Source: Lytechinus pictus | Taxonomy: Eukaryota | DNA: 64,000 bases | Direction of reading: 5' to 3' | NCBI RefSeq assembly: GCF_037042905.1 | Contig: NC_087245.1 | Coordinates: 26,228,001-26,292,000, forward strand | Shown: piece by piece, positions 11,905-24,700 of the stretch | Layout: each line of letters starts with the position of its first letter | Position numbering within the stretch: the first letter of the stretch is position 1 | The notes under the pieces: model-generated | Told to the model about the DNA's origin: nothing | Databases searched by the model: none | What the model saw: the letters and a program-made list of their open reading frames with translations, nothing else | Position numbers and translations under genes: made by a program

Positions 11905-13866
11905 CATAGGCGGATCCAGGCGGCCCGAGGGCACCCCCCCCCCCTCCCCCTATTGACAGAGCAAATAAATTGGGAAAAACGGGGAAAGAAAAAAGGGGGA
12001 AAGAAATGAGAAAAAAAGAAGACGAAACATAAAAGGAGGAAGTAATGTCACTGTATTGAAGTTTCGCTCGCGCATCGCGCTCGCATTGCCTGTTCGATGA
12101 GATGCATATCTTGCTCAATATGATGATATGTAGTTTAAAATATCAAGTTTTGATATCAATATACAAAACATAATTCAGCTCGGACATCGATTTTTCATTA
12201 TATTGTTTTATTTACCAATTTATGTTTTTAAGTGCTCTGGAAAATGTCCGTTTTAAAGTTTGAATCAACATTTACAACATTTTGTGCGCTCGCACTATTT
12301 GCCAAGTAGACCTACATATTGTCTTTTTGTATTTCATATAAGATTCTCTAAATATACCTTTTCAGGTGTCTCGATTGTAAAAAAAATAATAAAGGCCTAT
12401 GAGCTAGCGCTATGCGCTCGCATTTTGATTGGTGAGTTATGTATACCTTTTTATTAATTCTCTAACAATTAAATTTCTTAAATTCCCCCATTAAAAAATT
12501 CCGGATCGCGATTTGCGCTCGCATTATTTGCTAAAAATATATCAACCAATGAATCCTATTCATGATTACAAAAATACTTAAAATATCAGGTTTTCAGGCC
12601 TCATGCACTGTCAACAAATTTCACACACTCATTAGGCTTAACAGATTAATAAATATGAAATAAAATTTGTATGAATTCCTAATAACTAAATTGTCCCTTT
12701 TTCAGAAATAAATATTGACAAGTTTTAGGAAAAGAAATAGAAGATAGTCATCATTCTTATATGATGACAAAATGTCCTTAGGCCTAAAATGTCTCGATCC
12801 TAGGTCAAAATAATAATAAAATATCAGCTCGCGCTTCGCGCTCGCATTATTTATATAGTGCTATCAAATTTCCCTATATACACAGTGCTGTAAACAGTGC
12901 TTAAATTGACCCTTTTCACATCGGAAATTCAAATATTATTTTCAGCTCGGGCTCTGCGCTCGCATTATTGATTTTTATGATGAAAAATGAAATGTATTCA
13001 GATTGCCAGGATTCTGTCTAACTCTAAAACACGCGCACGCATGTTTTTTTGCGCTCGCATTATTATTGTAGGAAGATATCAAAAATTATCCATGCTTTTT
13101 CATGATTGACAAACATGAATCGAATGTCCCATTGGGGGATTTGAAATCTCATCTTTTTAGGTTGGAATATCAAAAATATTCAGCTCGCGCTTCGCGCTCG
13201 CATTATTTAATCGTTGAAATATGTATCGTCTTAATGGCTAACTGCAAAACATCCTTAACAGGTCCCTTTTCGACCAGGTCAGAACGAATATTTAACATTT
13301 CTGCTCGCGCTTCGCGTTCGTGGTAATTATCTAGTTGCATACGCGTCCTGTTCAGGTTCACAAACATTGCCCAAAATGTTCAATTTTCAGGACAAAATAC
13401 ATGAAATTTCATTTTTAGATTACATAGGGCTTAAGAGATTATTACACATTTATGTTGCTTATAAAGTAAAGCTAGGAAATGACTGTTAGGACATGGGCGT
13501 TTTGCCCACCCCCCCCCCCAAAAAAAAAGAGAGAATCAAGACTAAGAAAAAATAGAGAGAAAAGGAAAGGGATTAGGATGAAATATAATATTATTTTCCA
13601 AATATTATGTCAAAATCTATCACAACCTTGTACTTTTGTAATAAAAATGTCATAATATTTGCTTGCTCGCTTCGCTCACTGGCAACTTCTTATCAATTTT
13701 ATGCGATACACCATATCGAGCCCCCTCGAAATTGTTGGCTCATTACGGCACTGGGACAACCCCTTCAAAGAAACAAACAAAAAATCAACTTTGAGCGGCC
13801 GATCGGGGAAAATATGGGTGAAAAAATGACCCCTCCCCCTATTGGCGGAAGCTGGGTCCGCCCCTG
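11905..13866 (+). mobile_element. hAT-like element, sister copy of 7495-9449, nested inside 9945-14542
   Basis: Termini CATAGGCGGATCCAG...CTGGGTCCGCCCCTG and colinear internal blocks. TSD not recognisable. Confidence 0.65.
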
Positions 13867-14694
13867 ACTTAGGCTTTCAGGATATAATACTTGAAAAATC
13901 TATTTAAAAAAAAATCAGATCGCGCTTCGCGTTCTCATTATTTATTTAGGCCTTGTGAGATACCTCAATGTGTTTTTAAGAATGAAATCTCAGATTGTCT
14001 TTAACGTCTACCCCCTCCCACTTCATTTATTTTTTTTAACTTGGTGCCGTCGCCACCCCCCCCCCCCGTGCATCCATGCTGAATAAATACGCCGCTGATT
14101 AGGAGAATTAGTCGATTGCTTCGAGATTGCATTATTCCCAAGAGGTTATCGTTAATATTATTGAAGGGTATTCTAAAACAACAGTACATAAACAGCTCCC
14201 GTTCACACAATATTCGAGTAGGGCCTACTCTGGTTAGAAGTTAAACCAAATTGAACCCCCCCCAAAAAAAAAAAAAAATAATAATAATAATAAAAAAAAA
14301 TCGCTCGTGCTTCGCGCTCCCATTTATATTACATTTCATGGATTTTTTTTTTAAAGAACAGATGAAAAAGTGGTCTTTGTTTTTTTTTTAATGTGATTAT
14401 AAGATAATTCAAAATCCATTTAAGGCACTTAAGTTAGCCTGGCCGGGAGGGAGTGGGCGCCATTTTTCGAAAAGTACACATGGGCGCCAAAAATCAGGTC
14501 AAATCCCCCCCTCCCTCCCACGAAATCCTGGATCCGCGCCTGGGTTCTATAACAATAACCCAATTAGGGCAATCACCCCCTGACAACTACTTCAAGGAAA
14601 ATATTATCCCCATATTTTTACCGCCGGGGACTGTTACCCCCCTCCCCCGGAAATTTACCCTCCAGACAATTACCCCGGATAATTACCCCTAGTA

Positions 14695-15390
14695 CGGAGC
14701 CTTATAAATGCCATCAACGTGACGACATGGCGTGGTACTTTATCTTGCCATGTCTTTAAATTAATCATTATCGGCGGAAGAAATTTTTTTTAGGGGGGTC
14801 CACCTGAAATTTTGGGATGGACACAGGTAAAAAATTTAACAAGCAAATAAACCATAATTTATAGGAGGGATCACCAAAATTTTTTGAAAAGAAAAAATAG
14901 GTTATCAACTAAAATTAGGGGGGGGGGAACAAAAAGATTTTAGTGGGGGTCCACCTCAATTTAGGGGGGGGGGGGCGTAGAAAACAAATTGACAACCAAA
15001 CAAAGGTTCTCAACTAAAAATCTAGGGGGGACCGTCCCCCACCTCAAATTTAGGGGGAAAGATCCCCCCCCCCCCGCTTCCACCGCCTAAGTAATTAATA
15101 CGCTTATTATTTCGACATAGCGATATATTCTATCTTGTCAAATCGATATGTCCACATGGCGAGATATGAGGTGTACAAGTCCCGATATATCGCCATGTTG
15201 ACATGTAACTTATTTAAGTCGACTTGGCAAGATAAAATATCTCGCCATGTTGACATATAACTTTTTATAAGTGGACTGACTTGGCAGGATAACGTATCGC
15301 GCCATGCGGACATAATAAGCTTATTTAGTCGACAAGGCAAGGTAAAGTATCTCGCCATGTCGTCAAGTCGATGGCATTTTAGAGGCTCCG
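14695..15390. mobile_element. TA-flanked MITE (Tc1/mariner-like) at the centre of the foldback element
   Basis: TA|CGGAGCCT...AAATGCCATC.ACGTGACGACATGGCG is mirrored at about 15352-15390|TA. Internal roughly 55-bp CGCCATG repeats. A G-rich insert sits at about 14769-15089. Confidence 0.7.
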
Positions 15391-15753
15391 TATGGCGTCT
15401 AGAGGGTTAATTTCCGGGGGGGGGGGTAACAATCCCTGACGATAAAAATATGGGGATAATATTTTCCTTGAAGTAGATGTCAGGGGGCGATCGTCCGTTG
15501 GGTCATCGTTATAGAACCCCATGGACTCGTATCATTGGCCTTTTGACCTCTTGATGACATTGGATCTCACTATATCCTGATCATAATTTTACACACACCG
15601 CGGACTATCGGACCCGCGGAGTATCGGACCCGCGGACTATCGGACCCGCGGTCTATCGGACCCGCGGTCTATCGGACCCGCGGACTATCGGACCCGCGGT
15701 CTATCGGACCCGCGGTCTATCGGGCTGTAACCTTTTTTCCTTACAATGCATAT

Positions 15754-18376
15754 GGGCATTTTCACCATAGATGGACACAGAGGCGAAAAAATCAAGTTGA
15801 TATTTATGTCAAATGCTTTATGTTTTTTAATAAAACAAGACCTGAAGTTTGTGAGACAAAATTTTTTTCCGACTCTGGCAGCCATTTTTTATTTCAAAAT
15901 GGCTGCCAAAGTATGGATACAAATTAGAGTTGAAAATAGTATATTGATACATATTTTGTTTTGACAGATTTTTAAAGAACAGGTTTGATCATGATGTTTT
16001 CGCCTGTGATTTAGCTTGCTATTATAACACTTTTTAAAATCCCACAGAAAGAAACACCAGTAATTCATTCATCTGATAAAAAAACATTGATGAAGTATGT
16101 GATATGGTATGTAATGTCAGTTACCGAAAACATGAACTTTTTTTTCTCATTTCCTGGAAAAGAGGATATATTATATGAATTATGAAACTTGGTAGATTTC
16201 CTCTCTAGGTAACACCCCTCCCTTCTACACCAAAATTAAAGATTACCAATTAACAATGAAGCCATAGGGTACCATTAAATATATGTAATGTCAGTTACCA
16301 AGTGGAAAATGTAATGTCAGTTACCGAAATGTAATGTCAGTTACCATGATAAAACGTTGGTTACCAATATTGAAATGCAAATATGTGGTCAATTTTATGG
16401 TAAAGAAATATTGTATACTTGTTATTTAAGTCTTTCACTTTAAAAGTCACACCAGAAGGAGCTTGCTATTGACTTTTAAAAGGTATAGTTCACAAGGAAT
16501 ACTATATGAAATTATGAAGGAAGTTGCATTCCCATCGTGCAAAAAAAAATTACTATGAAATTGTTTTGTACATGCACTTACCAAGTACCTAATTGTTTGT
16601 ATCAGACAATTTTTTGTTTGGTTTTCGGGGGGGGGGGGGGGGGGTAGGGGGTACTTTTCCCAACCTATTGCCTAAATCTGCAACGTTTTTTAAGCTTAAC
16701 ATTGTGATGAAGGGGATTTCCAGGGTCCTTTTTTTTAGTTTCTAGGATTATTTTGAGCATTGCCTCGCTAAAAGTAAATTTCTGGTTTTTATACCTGGTA
16801 GTAGTGTGGATGTGTGATACAATTTTGTTTTTGGTTTACAAGTATAGATGAAAAGTGAAATTTGACAGTTCTGATCAATGTTGCATGGATCTACTAAAAC
16901 TGTGTTTTTTTTTTCTAATTTCCATTAGTTCAGTTTCAGTTTAGAAGCTGGAGTTAATTTTTTGTTGACAGCTTATAAAAGAAATTAGCAAAGAAAATGA
17001 TTAAACAAATTATGAAGAGAATTGAAATCCGACAGATATGAACAAGCATTGCTTGCACTGACCAGAATAGAAATCAATAAAACTACATGGCTGCATGAGA
17101 TTCGGGGGAGGGGTACGTGTAGCCTAGGGGAGGAGACTCTTATTCATTTTGCCTTTTTTGAGGGGAGGGGGAAAAAGTCGATATGAAACTGATAATAATA
17201 ATAATAATAATAATACAGGTATATTTACCCAGGGAAGCCGCTTCAGTTCCGAAAACTGTTCTCCCAGCGGGCCCTGCTATTATTATTACCCCGGCTTTAG
17301 CTGGGCTGCCTAGGCACTCAAAGCATTCAAGGAATTTCTTCCTACCGGGTACCCATTCATCTCACCTGGGTTGAGTACAGCACAGTGTGGATAAATTTCT
17401 TGCTGAAGGAAATTACGCCATGGCTGGGATTCGAACCGACGACCCTCTGTTTCAAAGTCCGAAGACTAATCCACTGGGCCACAACGCTCCACAACTGATG
17501 AATATATTATGGGTGTATAGTCAGAAAAATCCATGTGTACAGTCAATGCAATATTAGATTACTATAGGAAAACATGTAGCTGCTATGACCCCCCCCCCCC
17601 CCCGAGTAAGTAAAACATAAATTTCTTATCTTTTGATAATTAAAAATGTGAAGTATTATGAAACTTTTATGATTTTAAAAAGCCTTACATATAAGTACCA
17701 AGAAAATTATGCCTTTGAAAATCATATAGCACTGGTAAATGTTAATGTGTATTGTCAGTTACCAACAAGTAATGATAAAAATGTTCAAATCAAAGAAAGG
17801 AATTAAGAAAAAGAAAAAGTTTTTTCATTGAAATGTTCCTAGAAACTCTGGTATACTTTCACATCAAGCTCACTTTAATGTGAAGCCCTGCACAGAAGAT
17901 ACAATGCAATGATTCCACACATTTGACTTCCATGTGTTATCTCTACATGGCAAATTAAGTGTAATGTCAGTTACCGTAATGTCAGTTACCAGCATGGTTG
18001 TGGAAAAATTATCATAGCCCCCAAAAGACAAAAACGAATTGTTAAATATTTTGACACATCTTAACCTAGTAATGGAGGTATATTTACATATTCAAATTAT
18101 TACTCTATCTACTCAGGGACATGAGATATTTCAATTTTAATGAACACCCTGAAATTGCATGTCCTTTTGCGTAATGTCAGTTACCGACACATTTTTTCTT
18201 GCTGATGCGTAAAAAAAAGTGGTTACATAGGAAAACTTAGTATCAGAGTATACAGCAAGGTTCACTTTATCAACTCTATCAAAAGCAAACTCCCATCATT
18301 TGTTGTTTTAGAGATACACACAATGAAAGGTGTGAAAACATTGTGCCGTGTAATGTCAGTTACCGTGAAAATGCCC
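15754..18376. mobile_element. Non-autonomous DNA transposon with ATAT TSD (Sola1-like by TSD)
   Basis: ATAT|GGGCATTTTCAC...GTGAAAATGCCC|ATAT. About 9 same-orientation GTAATGTCAGTTACC motifs clustered toward the two ends. Confidence 0.75.
17194..17492 (-). mobile_element. Full-length tRNA-derived SINE (Deu/Nin-domain-like core)
   Basis: On the minus strand: A box TGGCCCAGTGG, B box GGTTCGAATCC, core CAACCCAGGTG...AATGGGTAC and a (TAT)n tail. AACTGAT is duplicated on both flanks. Confidence 0.88.
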
Positions 18377-18771
18377 ATATGAGGAAAAAAGTAGTGAGCA
18401 GTATTTTAAAAATCTCAAATATGGTAAGACCCACAGAGTAGATGCATAAATGTACAGTGCATTTTGTCTGTGTGGGAGTGAAACATGGATTAACGGAACA
18501 CAGAAAATTTTGGTCTAGCTTTTTCTGTGGTGGACTTGACCTTTAATTGATACATTGAAATTTCTTTAAAAATAATTGTATTTCTTTGTTTCATTTCTAG
18601 TTCACTTGGAAACTGAAGGCACCAAAGGGTCCAATGAGTATAGAGATTCTACCCTGCTAGAAAGGGCAATTCATGAATCTGTGTACGGTAGTCGGTCTAC
18701 TTTTTGGTTAGAGAAGGAAAGCCAAAGTAAATTCTGCATATGAGGAAGGACTTGAGTATTCAGATGCCAAG

Positions 18772-19015
18772 ATGGATGAGAATGACACTGATGAGAAATC
18801 TTTACATGGAGGTATTGTATTGACCTGCATTGATGAGGATAGTTTGATTTTCATTAAATCTGAGATTGAAGACAGTGAAACAGAAGACAAGGGAACATTT
18901 GATGGCAAGTCTACAGCTCCCATTGTGACAGATGAAACTTCTCAAGATAATGATGAGAAGGGGCCTGGGGACCATGGAAGTAGTTCTTTGAGTTTTGATC
19001 TTTCAAGCGAAGAAG
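18772..19015 (+). CDS. Giant C2H2 zinc-finger protein, acidic N-terminal coding exon
   Basis: Acceptor TTTCTAG ends at 18600 and the ATG is in AAGATGG context. Encodes the acidic MDENDTDEK...FIKSEIEDSE...SSEE. The phase-1 donor G|GTGAAG matches the phase of the 21724 acceptor. Confidence 0.7.
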
Positions 19016-19626
19016 GTGAAGTATGTTTCTGTTGAGTGGAACTGTTATGTGAGGATTTGAAGGTCATTCCAACCCATAAAAGTTAAATGAGAAGAAGTAT
19101 ATATGGCAAAATGCTGATACAGTCGGCAAAATCGGAGGTAAAATGAAAAATGTGACGTTTTGAAGTTTTGCTTACTTAAAAAAAAAATGGTTTATGCACT
19201 TTTGAGCTGTTATGCAAGTGAGGGAACCAATGAAGCCATCCACCCACAATTTCTTTTGTATTTTGTTAAATGAAATATTGTAAGTTTTCATCATTATGTG
19301 AATCAAGTTTTGACTCCTCCCTGAACTCAGATTCAATGAAGAGTTCCTTGTCAATTAGAAAAAGTCTATGAATAATATAACAAAATCCAATTTGTGACAT
19401 TATAACCTCCCTCATTTTAATTGTATAATAATAGTGCATAAAACATGTTTGTGAAAATAAGTGAAATTTCTAAACTTACTTATTTTCATCCAATTTTGAT
19501 GAAATTTGTATTATTATGCTCGTTAGATTTTCTAAATTCAACCTTCTTCTTTTTTAGCCTTGGAGATAAGACCTGACCTATAGGATTAAAGGGGATGTAG
19601 TTCACTTAGTAGAGTAGCTGTTACTG

Positions 19627-20984
19627 CAGGTTTTAAACATATACTGTAGGGCAGCAACACACGGCAGGGTTGCTTTTAGGAAGGTCCACCCTGCTCAGAT
19701 TTTGTGACCACTTAAGCTCCGCCCCTCACTCAGCGCACTTTCTAGTAGATTGTAGTGTTGATTTTATTTTATTTTGTTAAATTTTACTATTTTTTATGGA
19801 TAATGAGAACTCTAGACTAAGAAAGAATGTTGGATATTATTTTTTAGGAATGTTAGGCCTACTGTATTTTATGTAAAAAGTAAGACAAAGGGTCATCATG
19901 ATTCTTGTAGTTTGCACATCAATAAAAATACATAGTCTGATGACATTGCATTACCGTTTTTCTGCTGAATTTTGCTGCCCATACCAAAAATACACCAGCC
20001 AACACCAAAGCCAATACGTTGATCTTCTGGCATGACTGCGCCGAAACTTCCCGGGAGGGACACATTGGTGCGCGTACTGTGCAAAGGCAGAGCTGGCCGC
20101 ACTAGAATGACTGGCAGGATACATGTATCTCAATGCAACTCGACATAGTCATGACAGACATGGACTTGAACGATATGGATTTGATCTGTCATTGATGTGG
20201 AACTAAGGCACTTGACCAATGATAAATGTTCATGGATAGAAACCTAATTTTCACTTTCAGTGTAGATTGGAGTCTGAAAATATAGAATGATTATGTGATA
20301 TCCACAAATCCGACCCAACTTTTTTGCAATCCATCAGGCAGAGATCGAATACAGCCACTAGCCAGTTGCAAGCCCAAGCCCAGATAAGGTCCTAGTCTAA
20401 CGTTAGACCTAATAGCCTGACCAAAATTATCTGGTCCAGTATCGAGCCATGTATGTTTTGACGGGCCTTGACTTGTCAACTACCAAGTGGCGAAGGTGTA
20501 CATGTCACAGGCACAGCTACTATTACTATTCTATAATTTTATGCAAATTTGTGTAAGCATGCATGCAGATACCAGCCAATCGTATCCTTTCTCCGCACCG
20601 ACCAGCTGGCCAGGGCGCCGGCGCAGTCAGCCATGGCGCTATACCCAAGCGGTGGCGCTGCCTCTGGACTGTGAAGGCCTGCGCATTAAAGTGGCGCAGC
20701 GAAATTTAGATGAAGCATTTATCAACCTCACGTATATTTGTTATCATACTGACTTGCGAAAGTCATAAAATAGTTATCACCTACACATAATATTTAACAA
20801 AAAATACAGGAATAGATATTGCATATTTTTAAGCATGATGTTTGATATAAAAAAAACTTTCAAGTAAAAATGTTGAAAATGAGGAAATGAAAAAAAATCA
20901 ACTCTACAATCTACTTAAAAAGTGTGCTGAGTGAGGGGCGGAGCTTATAGCAGTCACAAAATGAGCTTTGCTAAAACAATCCTG
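19627..20984. mobile_element. Intronic non-autonomous DNA transposon with long imperfect TIRs
   Basis: TTTGTGACCACTTAAGCTCCGCCCCTCACTCAGCGCACTTT...GATTGTAG (about 19700-19765) is inverted at about 20895-20965. Ends are CAGG...CCTG, with a possible 7-bp TSD GTTACTG. The left end is either 19627 or 19665. Confidence 0.7.
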
Positions 20985-21723
20985 GTTACTGAATATTTAA
21001 AAAAATAAGATAATCATTCAGTAATATTTTTAATTTCAAAATTATGTACATCATTATTCAGTTGTTTGTATTTTTTTGTGTTTCTTTTATTTGAATCTAG
21101 TCTTGTCACATTCTGTTAGTTTACCTCTATTTTGCTATTAATCTCTGAGTGTATTGTATCGGTTCATGGTTTCGTTGGCATTGTCTACCAAATTGTGCAT
21201 GCACTTCAATCGTATGTGCGTATCGAGTGGACCTTCCTAAAAGTACTGCAAAGTGTTGCTGCCCTCTACGTTTGTTGTGATAATAACCCCAATAAAACAA
21301 AAAATAAAGACAAGAGATGGTGCTAAATGTAATTAATATCCCCAAAACCTCAATTTAAATTTTAATTGAAATTTAATATTGAAAAGGAATTTAATGACCA
21401 CCACACTTCGGTAACATTGAATGTTAGATGGCACTTGAGTATAATTCATATTGTTGAACATTTACAGGTTAGACTGACCTGAATGCTGTTGTCACTGATG
21501 CCCAAACTTATATAATAGAGCACCCTCTGTGAAGGAGACTGCAGTAAGTGCTGTAACTTAATTGGGAAATAGACCTTATAATGATTTAGTTTCCATCCCT
21601 CATAATATTCAAATTGTACATTTTCACAGTACTTTATTGAATAATTTAATATTGACTTCATGTTTACATTTGATTTTTTCCACAATAAATAACTTAACGT
21701 ATATTTCCTTGTCGCACTTACAG

Positions 21724-24700
21724 AAACTGGTCCCCAGCAGCATGAGGATAGACGATGCTTCGATGGAGGGAGAGTGAAAAGTGGAGAGGATGTTTTGACT
21801 GGGCCATGTGATTGTAAGAGGGCAGACTGTTCAGGGTCAATGCGTTCATGCACTGAGAATCATGAAACAACTACATGTACTTCCAAATGTTCCAATGATA
21901 AAACAACTCTTAAATGTTTAGTGTGTGCTCTCTCATTTTCTGAAGAGTCTCAACTGAGGGAACACTTCCAACGATGTCATTTTATCGTCATAGAGTCTGA
22001 AGACATGACTCATTGTTCACATTGTAAAAAGTCATTTCGATGTAATTCTGACTTTGTGAAGCATAAGGCGAAATGCTCTTTGGGAAATCAGTTTGGATTG
22101 AGTTTTTGTACAAAACTTGATTCAGACGACAGCAGATTTAATGAAGGAACACTTCAAAATGGTGATAAAGACTTCTCTCAGAAACTTTTTAACCGCTCTC
22201 ATCGTGGCGAAAGCTTTCCATCCAAGTGTGATCTCGCTAATCATAATGTAAATCATTATGGTAAATCTTATAAATGTGACATATCTTCACAAGAAAAAAA
22301 TGAACATGAAAGATCACATGAAGAGCAAAGACCATTCGAATGTCAGTGTTGTAAAAAGAGATTCAAGCTGAAACACCATCTCCAAGGCCACATTAGAATT
22401 CACACAAAGGAGAAACACTATGAATGTCCATATTGTAACAAGAAATTTTCCTGGAAGAAAGAATGCGATATGCATGTAATTGAACACCCTGGGGTCAATT
22501 TTCCAGAATGTTCTCTGTGTAAAAAGAAATTTGCATCTTTGGACATGAAGCATAGACATATGAAAAGGTATCATGGCATTGTTGACTTGGAATGTACAAA
22601 AGAAAAGTATCACGAATGTCAGTATTGTAAAAAGAGATTCAAGCTGAAACACCATCTCCAAGGCCACATTAGAATTCATACAAAGGATAAACCCTTCCAA
22701 TGTAAACATTGTGGCAAGGAATTTAGTCATCAATCAACATTACGTGAACATGTAGGTAAGACTCAACCAGAATGTTTTAAATGCAAAGAGAAATTTGCAT
22801 GTAAGACGATGAGGCGCAAACACATGAAAAACTGTGTTTTAGACTATCTCCAACATAAGGACAAAGACTTCTCTCAGAAACCTTTCAACTGCTCTCATCG
22901 TGGTGTAAGCTTTCCATCCAAGTGTGATCTCGCTAATCATAATGTAAATCATTATGGTAAATCTTATAAATGTGACATATCTTCACAAGAAAAAAATGAA
23001 CATGAAAGATCACATGAGGAGCAAAGGCCATTTGAATGTCAGTATTGTAAAAAGAGATTCAAACTGAAACACCATCTCCAAGACCACATTAGAATTCATA
23101 CAAAGGAGAAACACTATGAATGTCCATATTGTAACAAGAAATTTTCCTGGAAGAAAGAATGCGATATGCATGTAATCGAACACCCTGGGGTCAATTTTCC
23201 AGAATGTTCTCTGTGTAAAAAGAAATTTGCATCTTTGGACATGAAGCATAGACATATGAAAAGGTATCATGGAATTGTTGACTTGGAATGTACAAAAGAA
23301 AAGTATCATGAATGTCAGTATTGTGATAAAAAATTTGGGCTAAAAGGTACTCTGAAGAAACACATTAGAATTCATACAAAGGATAAACCTTTCCAATGTA
23401 AACATTGTGGCAAGGAATTTAGTCATCAATCAACATTAAGTGAACATGTAGGTAAGACTCAACCAGAATGTCCTAAATGCAAAGAGAAATTTGCATGTAT
23501 GACGATGAGGCGCAAACACGTGAAAAACTGTGTTTTAGACTATCTCCAAGCTGAAGACAAAGAATTCTCTCAGAAACCTTTCAACTGCTCTCATTGTGGC
23601 GAAAGCTTTACATACGAGTGTGATCTTGCTAATCATAACATAAAGCATAATGAAAAAAAATCATATGATTGCTACTATTGTGACAAATCTTTCCCATCTT
23701 CACACGAAAGAAATGAGCATGAAAGATCACATGAGGAGCAAAGACCATTTGAATGTCAGTATTGTAAAAAGAGATTCAAACTGAAACACCATCTCCAAGG
23801 CCACATTAGAATTCACACAAAGGAGAAACACTATGAATGTCCATATTGTAACAAGAAATTTTCCTGGAAGAAAGAATGCGATATGCATGTAATCGAACAC
23901 CCTGGGGTCAATTTTCCAGAATGTTCTCTGTGTAAAAAGAAATTTGCATCTTTGGACATGAAGCATAGACATATGAAAAGGTATCATGGAATTGTTGACT
24001 TGGAATGTACAAAAGAAAAGTATCACGAATGTCAGTATTGTGATAAAAAATTTGGCTTAAAAGGTACTCTGAAGAAACACATTAGAATTCATACAAAGGA
24101 TAAACCTTTCCAATGTAAACATTGTGGCAAGGAATTTAGTCATCAATCAACATTAAGTGTACATGTAGGTAAGACTCAACTAGAATGTCCTAAATGCAAA
24201 CAGAAATTTGCATGTAAGATGATGAGGCGCATACACATGACAAACTGTGTTTTAGACAATCTCCAACATGAAGACAAAGACTTCTCTCAGAAACCTTTCA
24301 ACTGCTCTCATCGTGGCGAAAGCTTTCCATCCAAGTGTGATCTCGCTAATCATAATGTAAATCATTATGGTAAATCTTATAAATGTGACACATCTTCACA
24401 AGAAAAAAATGAACATGAAAAATCACATGAGGAGCAAAGGCCATTTGAATGCCAGTATTGTAAAAAGAGATTCAAACTGAAACACCATCTCCAAGACCAC
24501 ATTAGAATTCACACAAAGGAGAAACACTATGAATGTCCATATTGTAACAAGAAATTTTCCTGGAAGAAAGAATGCGATATGCATGTAATTGAACACCCTG
24601 GGGTCAATTTTCCAGAATGTTCTCTGTGTAAAAAGAAATTTGCATCTTTGGACATGAAGCATAGACATATGAAAAGGTATCATGGAATTGTTGACTTGGA

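Larger units (their letters stand above)
9945..14542. mobile_element. hAT-like non-autonomous element nested in the left arm of the foldback element
   Basis: TIR CAGGTGCGGATCCA / TGGATCCGCGCCTG. Perfect 8-bp TSD GGTTCTAT at 9937-9944 and 14543-14550. Confidence 0.88.
9745..15732. mobile_element. Foldback-type DNA transposon with 16-bp tandem-repeat TIRs, inflated by nested insertions
   Basis: TSD TTTTTTCC at 9737-9744 and 15733-15740 (8-10 bp depending on end placement). (GGGTCCGATAGACCGC)n arrays are inverted at about 9752-9861 and 15598-15724. The left arm resumes at 14551 after the hAT insertion and mirrors about 15395-15520. Confidence 0.85.

Noticed and set aside
17420..17492. tRNA-Gln-like gene
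   Set aside because: It runs on into a SINE core and (TAT)n tail with a TSD, and has no proper acceptor-stem end.
21774..21776. GTG as the zinc-finger start codon
   Set aside because: The frame is open back to a splice acceptor at 21723 that is phase-compatible with the 18772 exon.
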